Positions 58,959-64,000 of a stretch of DNA of 64,000 bases are shown here, piece after piece. Position numbers and translations under genes: made by a program. The stretch's first letter is position 1, and each line of letters starts with the position of its first letter. Under the pieces are notes generated by a model, which did not search any database, was not told the DNA's origin, and worked only from the letters and a program-made list of their open reading frames with translations. The stretch covers positions 19,776 through 83,775 of the forward strand of contig JAGRGG010000020.1 of assembly GCA_020445645.1 (NCBI GenBank), given 5' to 3'. The stretch is from Geminicoccaceae bacterium (GTDB taxonomy: Bacteria > Pseudomonadota > Alphaproteobacteria > Geminicoccales > Geminicoccaceae).

Positions 58959-59960
58959 ATGCTCTCGCATCCAAGGCTGCCGCGCCGCCGCTTTCTGTCC
59001 GCCGCCGCCGGCACCGCCCTCGCGGCCGGCGTCGGCCGGGCCGCGTTCGCGCAGGACTACCCCAGCCGGAACGTCCACATCACCGTCCCAACGGGCGAGG
59101 GCGGCGGCGCCGACCGGGACGCCCGGACCTTCACCAAGGTCTGGGCCGACCACATGAAGACGAACTTCGAGTTCGACTACTATCCGGGCGCCGCCGGGCA
59201 GGTCGGCTACGAGTTCTACATGCAGCAGGAGCCGAACGCCTACAACCTGCTGTTCTCGAATATCGGCCCCGAAGTCATCATGCTCACGCTCCAGAACGTC
59301 GGCATCGATATCGGCAAGGACCTCGTCTACATCAAGAAGACGAGCACCGAGCCGATGGCGGTCTGGGTCGGGCCGAGTTCGCCCTTCAAGTCGCTGGAGG
59401 CGCTGGTCGACGAGGCGAAGAAGCGCACGGTGACGGTCTCGGTCAGCCGCCTGCCGCACCCGGCCTCGATCGGGATGCTGGCTCTGGGCGAAGCGACCGG
59501 GGCCACGTTCAACCTCGTGCCCTTCGGCGGCGGCAACCCGTCCGCGATGGCGGCGATCACCGGCGAGGTCGACTGCTGCGCGCTCCCGCTCGCCAACCCG
59601 ATCTCGCTCGGCGATCAGGCGATCGTGCTCGGCGTGTTCGCCGACAGGAACCCGGCGCCGGACGAAGCGAACGGCGCGCCGGCGGTGAACGACGCCATGG
59701 GCACGAAGCTGCCGCCGCTCACCAGCTCGCGCGCCTGGGGCATCCACAAGGCCGCGATCGACAAGTACCCGGAGCGGATCGAGATCCTGAAGACCACCAT
59801 GCAGGAGACGCTGGACGACCCCGCCTACGCCGAGGCGGTGAAGGCGTCCGGCCTCCCCACGGCGTTCATCGACGTCGGCAACCAGGAGGCGGCGATGGCC
59901 GAGGCGGAGGCCACGCGCGAGCTTGCCATCCGCTACAAGGACCTCCTGACCGGCGGCTGA
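58959..59960 (+). CDS. tctC: Tripartite tricarboxylate transporter substrate-binding protein (TctC/Bug family) with Tat signal
   Basis: RRRFLSAAAGTALAAGVGRAAFA signal, ~330 aa Bug-family length, YPSRNVHITVP start of the mature protein. Confidence 0.8.
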   Translation: MLSHPRLPRRRFLSAAAGTALAAGVGRAAFAQDYPSRNVHITVPTGEGGGADRDARTFTKVWADHMKTNFEFDYYPGAAGQVGYEFYMQQEPNAYNLLFSNIGPEVIMLTLQNVGIDIGKDLVYIKKTSTEPMAVWVGPSSPFKSLEALVDEAKKRTVTVSVSRLPHPASIGMLALGEATGATFNLVPFGGGNPSAMAAITGEVDCCALPLANPISLGDQAIVLGVFADRNPAPDEANGAPAVNDAMGTKLPPLTSSRAWGIHKAAIDKYPERIEILKTTMQETLDDPAYAEAVKASGLPTAFIDVGNQEAAMAEAEATRELAIRYKDLLTGG

Positions 59961-60054
59961 ACCGGCCCGGCCGTTCGCCCGCTTCGGGGGAGCGGCCCTT
60001 CGACCCCCCTTCCCTCCACGACGCGCCGATCGCCGGCGCCTGCGGGGACCGCCG

Positions 60055-60552
60055 ATGTCGCAGCAAGGCAAGCCGTCGAAACCCGTCCTCGCCGACCTGA
60101 TCCTGCCGGTGGGGGCCGCCGCCTACGCGGTCTACTACGTCCTGTCGGTGCGGAGCTTCCCCTTCCAGGCGCAGGTCAGCGGCATGGCGATGGCCATCCT
60201 CGTCTGCCTGCTCGTCTCCATCTTCCTCGTCCGCACCCTGATCGGGCTCCGCCGCGGGCGCTACCGTCTCGGCCTCGGCGACTTCCTCGGCCCCCCCGAG
60301 TCGGTGCCGAACCGGCTCCTCTTCGTAGGTTTCATCCTCGCCTACGTCGCCGCCGTGCCGTGGCTGGGCTTCACGCTGACCACCTTCGTCTTCCTGTGCC
60401 TGTCCTTCGCCGTCGTCGGCGTGCGGCCCTGGCGCCGCGTCGTCGTCGTCGCCGGCACGGCGGCGCTGGTCGGGTGGCTGTTCTTCATCGTGCTCCTCGG
60501 CACCCGCTTCCCGGCGGGTCCGTTCGAGCGGCTGATGGGGGCGCTGTTCTGA
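60055..60552 (+). CDS. tctB: Tripartite tricarboxylate transporter small membrane protein TctB
   Basis: 165 aa with 4 TM helices, located between tctC and tctA. Confidence 0.7.
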   Translation: MSQQGKPSKPVLADLILPVGAAAYAVYYVLSVRSFPFQAQVSGMAMAILVCLLVSIFLVRTLIGLRRGRYRLGLGDFLGPPESVPNRLLFVGFILAYVAAVPWLGFTLTTFVFLCLSFAVVGVRPWRRVVVVAGTAALVGWLFFIVLLGTRFPAGPFERLMGALF

Positions 60553-62078
60553 TGGAACTCGACGCCGCGACGCTGGCCGGCCTCTTCCTCCACGCCTTCA
60601 GCCTTTGGTACGTGATCGTCCCGGCCGTCCTGATCGGCATCGTGATGGGGGCGATACCGGGTTTCGCCGCGCACAACACGATCATCATCCTCCTGCCGCT
60701 CACGCTCGCCTTCGACGTCGAGACGGCGCTCGTCTTCATGGTGGCGCTCTACTGCGCCTCCCACCTGGGGGGCGGGGTGCCGGCGATCCTCGTCAACATA
60801 CCGGGGACGGGGGGCGCCGCCGCGACGACGCTGGACGGGTACCCGATGACGAAGAAGGGCGAGGCGCAGAAGGCGCTCGCGCTCTCCTTCGTCGCCTCGG
60901 TCCTGGGCGGGCTCATCAGCTCGGTCGTCACCCTCTTCGCCCTGCCCTACCTGTCGCGCGTCGGCTACTACGTCCACAGCGTCGAGATGGTCGTCGTCAT
61001 GCTGTTCGGGCTCGCCCTCATCGCCTCGATCGCGGCGCAGGACATGCTGAAGGGGCTGATCGCCGGGGCGTTCGGCCTCATGCTGGGCTCGATGGGGGCG
61101 GACCACATCTACGCCGCCCCGCGCGGCACGTTCGGCCTCCTCGAACTGTTCGACGGCGTGCCGCTGGTCCCGGCGCTGATCGGCCTGTTCGCCATCTCCG
61201 AGGCGCTGGTGATGCTGGAGGAGACTTCCATCGTCCGGGCCGAGGACGGCGCGGGGGCGCGGCCCGTCGACTGGCCGGCGACGCTGCGCAACGTCGCCTA
61301 CGCCTGCACGAAGTGGTGGCACATCACGTGGTGCAGCCTCCTTGGCCTCGTCATCGGCGTGATCCCCGGAGCCGGGGCCAGCATCGCCGCCTTCGTCGCC
61401 TACCAGCAGAGCCTGTTCTTCTCCAAGACCCCCGAAGCCTACGGCAGGGGCCACCCCGAGGGCGTCGTGGCGCCGGAAGCCGCGAACAACGGGGTGACGA
61501 CGGGCACCCTCGTGCCGCTCCTCGCCATCGGCGTACCGGGCGGCAGCACGGCGGCCGTGATGATGGTCGTCCTCCAGTTCCACGGCTTTCCCTTTGGCCC
61601 CCGGCTCTTCGTCGAAGCGCCCGGCCTCGCCTACGGCGTCATCGTGGCGATGGCCGTCTCCTACGTCCTGATGATCCCGATGATCTTCCCGATGGTCCGC
61701 TACCTCTCCAAGGTGACGGTGGTCTCGACCCTCTACCTCGCGCCTTTGATCGTCGCCTTCACCCTGGTCGGCGCCTTCGTGCCGCGCGGCTTCGTCTTCG
61801 ACATCGGCATCGCCATCGCGTTCGGCCTCATCGGCTACGTCGCCCGCAAGACCGGCTACCACGTGGCGGCGATCCTGATCGGCGTGATCCTGGGGCCACT
61901 GATCGAGCGCTCGTTCATCCTGGCGATGCGGATCTCCGGCAACGACCCCTTCGTGATGTTCTCGTCCGCGATCGGCAACGTGCTCTGGGTGCTCCTCGTC
62001 CTCACGCTCGTCATGCCCTACGTCCTGAAGCGGCTGCGCGAGCGGTCGGGGCCGCCCGCGGCGGAGGGGGCCGAATGA
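60552..62078 (+). CDS. tctA: Tripartite tricarboxylate transporter large permease TctA
   Basis: 508 aa. Blocks seen: GIVMGAIPGF, ILVNIPGTGGAAATTLDGYPM, VIPGAGASIAAFVAY. The ATG overlaps the tctB stop. Confidence 0.9.
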   Translation: MELDAATLAGLFLHAFSLWYVIVPAVLIGIVMGAIPGFAAHNTIIILLPLTLAFDVETALVFMVALYCASHLGGGVPAILVNIPGTGGAAATTLDGYPMTKKGEAQKALALSFVASVLGGLISSVVTLFALPYLSRVGYYVHSVEMVVVMLFGLALIASIAAQDMLKGLIAGAFGLMLGSMGADHIYAAPRGTFGLLELFDGVPLVPALIGLFAISEALVMLEETSIVRAEDGAGARPVDWPATLRNVAYACTKWWHITWCSLLGLVIGVIPGAGASIAAFVAYQQSLFFSKTPEAYGRGHPEGVVAPEAANNGVTTGTLVPLLAIGVPGGSTAAVMMVVLQFHGFPFGPRLFVEAPGLAYGVIVAMAVSYVLMIPMIFPMVRYLSKVTVVSTLYLAPLIVAFTLVGAFVPRGFVFDIGIAIAFGLIGYVARKTGYHVAAILIGVILGPLIERSFILAMRISGNDPFVMFSSAIGNVLWVLLVLTLVMPYVLKRLRERSGPPAAEGAE

Positions 62079-63346
62079 GCGGACGGCTCTCGGAGCGCGT
62101 GCGCTGCCTCGGCACGCTCGACGTCGCGGGCGGCGGGCAGGTGGTCGTGGACGGCAACCACGTCTTCATCGGCCACATGAAGCCGCCCCACGGCACCTCG
62201 ATCGTCGACGTGTCCGACAGGCGAAACCCCCGGCTCGTCGCCGAGATCCGGCTGGAGGGCGACGCCTCGCACACCCACAAGGTGCGGGTCGCGGGCGACC
62301 TCATGGTCGTGAACGTCGAGCAGGACGACCGCCACTTCAAGCGCCGCGCCGGGGCGATCGACGCGGCGACGGCGGACCTCGCGGCGGAACTGAGGCGCCC
62401 GCCCGAGGAGGCCGAGATCGCAAGGCGGCTCGGCGTCGCGCCCGAGGACATGCCGCGCCTGCGCCAAGCGCGGCGCGAAACCTATGCCGAGGGCGGATTC
62501 CGCGTCTACGACATCGCCGACCGGACCCGCCCCAAGCTCCTCGCCCACCACCGGACGCACGGCGTCGGCGCGCACCGCTTCGACCTGGACGCGAAGCACG
62601 CCTACATCTCGACCGAGATGGAGGGCTATGTCGGCAACATCCTCGTCGTCTACGACATGGCCGATCCCGCCAAGCCCGAGGAGGCCGGGCGCTGGTGGCT
62701 GCCGGGGCAGTTTGTGGCCGGCGGCGAAGTGCCGGACTGGCCGGGGCAGAGCCACCGGCTGCACCACGCGATGCGCTGCGGCGACGAATTGTGGGCCTCG
62801 GTCTGGAACGCGGGATTCCGCGTCATCGACGCGGGCGACCTCGGCGACCTCAAGACCATCGGCGCCTACGACTACCACCCGGCGATCCCGGAACCCACGC
62901 ATACCGCCATGCCGTTCGAGCGCAGGATCGGCGGGCGGCGGATCGCGGCCGTGATCGACGAGGAGCACGACCACGTCCACGGCCGCCTGCACGCCTTCTT
63001 ATGGTTCTTCGACGTGGACGATCCGGCCGCCATGCGGCCGCTTTCGGCCTTCGCGCTCGACCCGTCCGCCTCGCCGTTCAGCCAAGGGCCGGGGCGCTTC
63101 GGCGCGCACCAGTACCACGAACGGCTGGACGGCACGCTCGTCTACGCCGCGTGGTTCTCGGGGGGCCTCAGGATCATCGACGCGGCCGACCCCCTGCTGC
63201 CACGCGAGGTCGGCTTCTTCGTCCCGGAGCCCATGGGCGGCCGGCCCGTGCCGCAGTCGAACGACGTGGCCGTCGACGACGACGGCATCGTCTACCTGAT
63301 CGATCGCCATCGGGGGCTGCACGTTCTGGAGTTTGACCGGCCGTGA
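62075..63346 (+). CDS. LVIVD-repeat beta-propeller family protein (function unknown) with an internal helical insert
   Basis: 423 aa. Repeated h-h-V-h-D blades (SIVDVSD, FRVYDIAD, ILVVYDMAD, FRVIDAGD, LRIIDAAD, LHVLEFD). The ATG overlaps the tctA stop (ATGA). Confidence 0.65.
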   Translation: MSGRLSERVRCLGTLDVAGGGQVVVDGNHVFIGHMKPPHGTSIVDVSDRRNPRLVAEIRLEGDASHTHKVRVAGDLMVVNVEQDDRHFKRRAGAIDAATADLAAELRRPPEEAEIARRLGVAPEDMPRLRQARRETYAEGGFRVYDIADRTRPKLLAHHRTHGVGAHRFDLDAKHAYISTEMEGYVGNILVVYDMADPAKPEEAGRWWLPGQFVAGGEVPDWPGQSHRLHHAMRCGDELWASVWNAGFRVIDAGDLGDLKTIGAYDYHPAIPEPTHTAMPFERRIGGRRIAAVIDEEHDHVHGRLHAFLWFFDVDDPAAMRPLSAFALDPSASPFSQGPGRFGAHQYHERLDGTLVYAAWFSGGLRIIDAADPLLPREVGFFVPEPMGGRPVPQSNDVAVDDDGIVYLIDRHRGLHVLEFDRP

Positions 63347-63502
63347 CGCCGCGTCGGCGAGGCGACGACATGAAGACGCGACGCCTCGGCCGAACCGTGC
63401 CGATTCACGGCACGAGGCGCCCGGCGCGGGTCGAGGACGAAGCGGCCCGGCCTCTGACGGCGGCGCCCCGATCCATCAACGCTTGAACGGGAAAAGACGA
63501 CC

Positions 63503-64000
63503 CATGCAGGACGACGTTCGACGGACGACCAAGGTGGAAGGCAGGGAGCACTGGACCAAGTCGCAGGGCCGGGACCTGTTCCTGTGGGAAAAGCCCGCGG
63601 CCGACGGGCCGCCGCGCGGCACGATCCTCTTCATCCACGGCTCATCGATGCCCTGCCAGCCGACCTTCGACCTCCAGGTCGAGGGGATGCCGGAAGCCTC
63701 GGTGATGGACTGGTTCGCCACGCGCGGCTTTCACTGCTGGGCGTTCGACTGCCGGGGCTACGGCCGCTCGTACAAGGGCGACGAGATCGCGGCTTCCATC
63801 GCGGACGGCGCCGACGACGCCCTCGCCGCCACCGACTACGTCAAGTCTCAGGGCTTCGACGGGCCGTTCATGGCCTACGGCATCTCGTCGGGCGCGCTTC
63901 GCGCCGCGCTCTTCGCCCAGCGCCACCCGGGGCGCGTGGCGCGCCTCGCGCTCGACGCGATGGTCTGGACCGGGGACGGCAGCCCGACCCTAGAGCAGCG
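63503..64000 (+). CDS. Alpha/beta-hydrolase fold protein, N-terminal part (3' end is off-window)
   Basis: Open frame from ATG 63503 to the window edge. ILFIHGSS oxyanion region and the GISSG nucleophile elbow. Confidence 0.7.

Overview
Very GC-rich (about 70%) bacterial chromosomal segment. It is probably alphaproteobacterial, because the nir gene order and the NirS sequence are Paracoccus-like. The window is densely coding and has no rRNA, tRNA or CRISPR array. I read five blocks. (1) 0-2 kb: the tail of a permease gene, a large palindromic intergenic element, and a uspA operon with two unknown genes. (2) 2-16.6 kb: a methylated-amine catabolic supercluster. It holds dimethylamine monooxygenase dmmDABC, an SMR/Gdx exporter, a sarcosine-oxidase-type heterotetramer (probably N-methylglutamate dehydrogenase), an XRE-cupin regulator, mgsABC and gmaS. 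An orphan IlvD/Edd dehydratase follows. (3) 18.5-41.3 kb: a complete NO-forming and NO-consuming denitrification island. It holds apbE/nirX, nnrS, a c-type cytochrome, norCBQD, a DctP-like/TrpD2-like/nnrU operon, cbiX, nirSECFDLGHJN, nirI and nnrR. Three copies of an 18-bp CCTTGAY-N4-RTCAAGG box sit at its three divergent promoters. (4) 41.5-54.6 kb: a betaine-type ABC importer beside a tightly overlapping five-gene operon (MttB homologue, two DMGDH/SARDH-like enzymes, an AGXT2-like aminotransferase, a sulfotransferase-fold protein) with a divergent LysR regulator. (5) 54.6-64 kb: IS3-type OrfA debris, a decayed nuclease-like/STAND NTPase gene (one frameshift plus one in-frame stop), then a GntR-controlled TctCBA transporter with an LVIVD beta-propeller protein and an alpha/beta hydrolase. 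The best candidate for an undescribed system is the MttB operon, which has no corrinoid partner and whose gene content suggests a stepwise quaternary-amine demethylation and transamination route. Secondary candidates are the NNR-box-driven DctP-like/TrpD2-like/NnrU module, the decayed Avs-like STAND gene and the TTT/LVIVD cluster. All family assignments come from reading the translated ORFs by eye. No database search was run.
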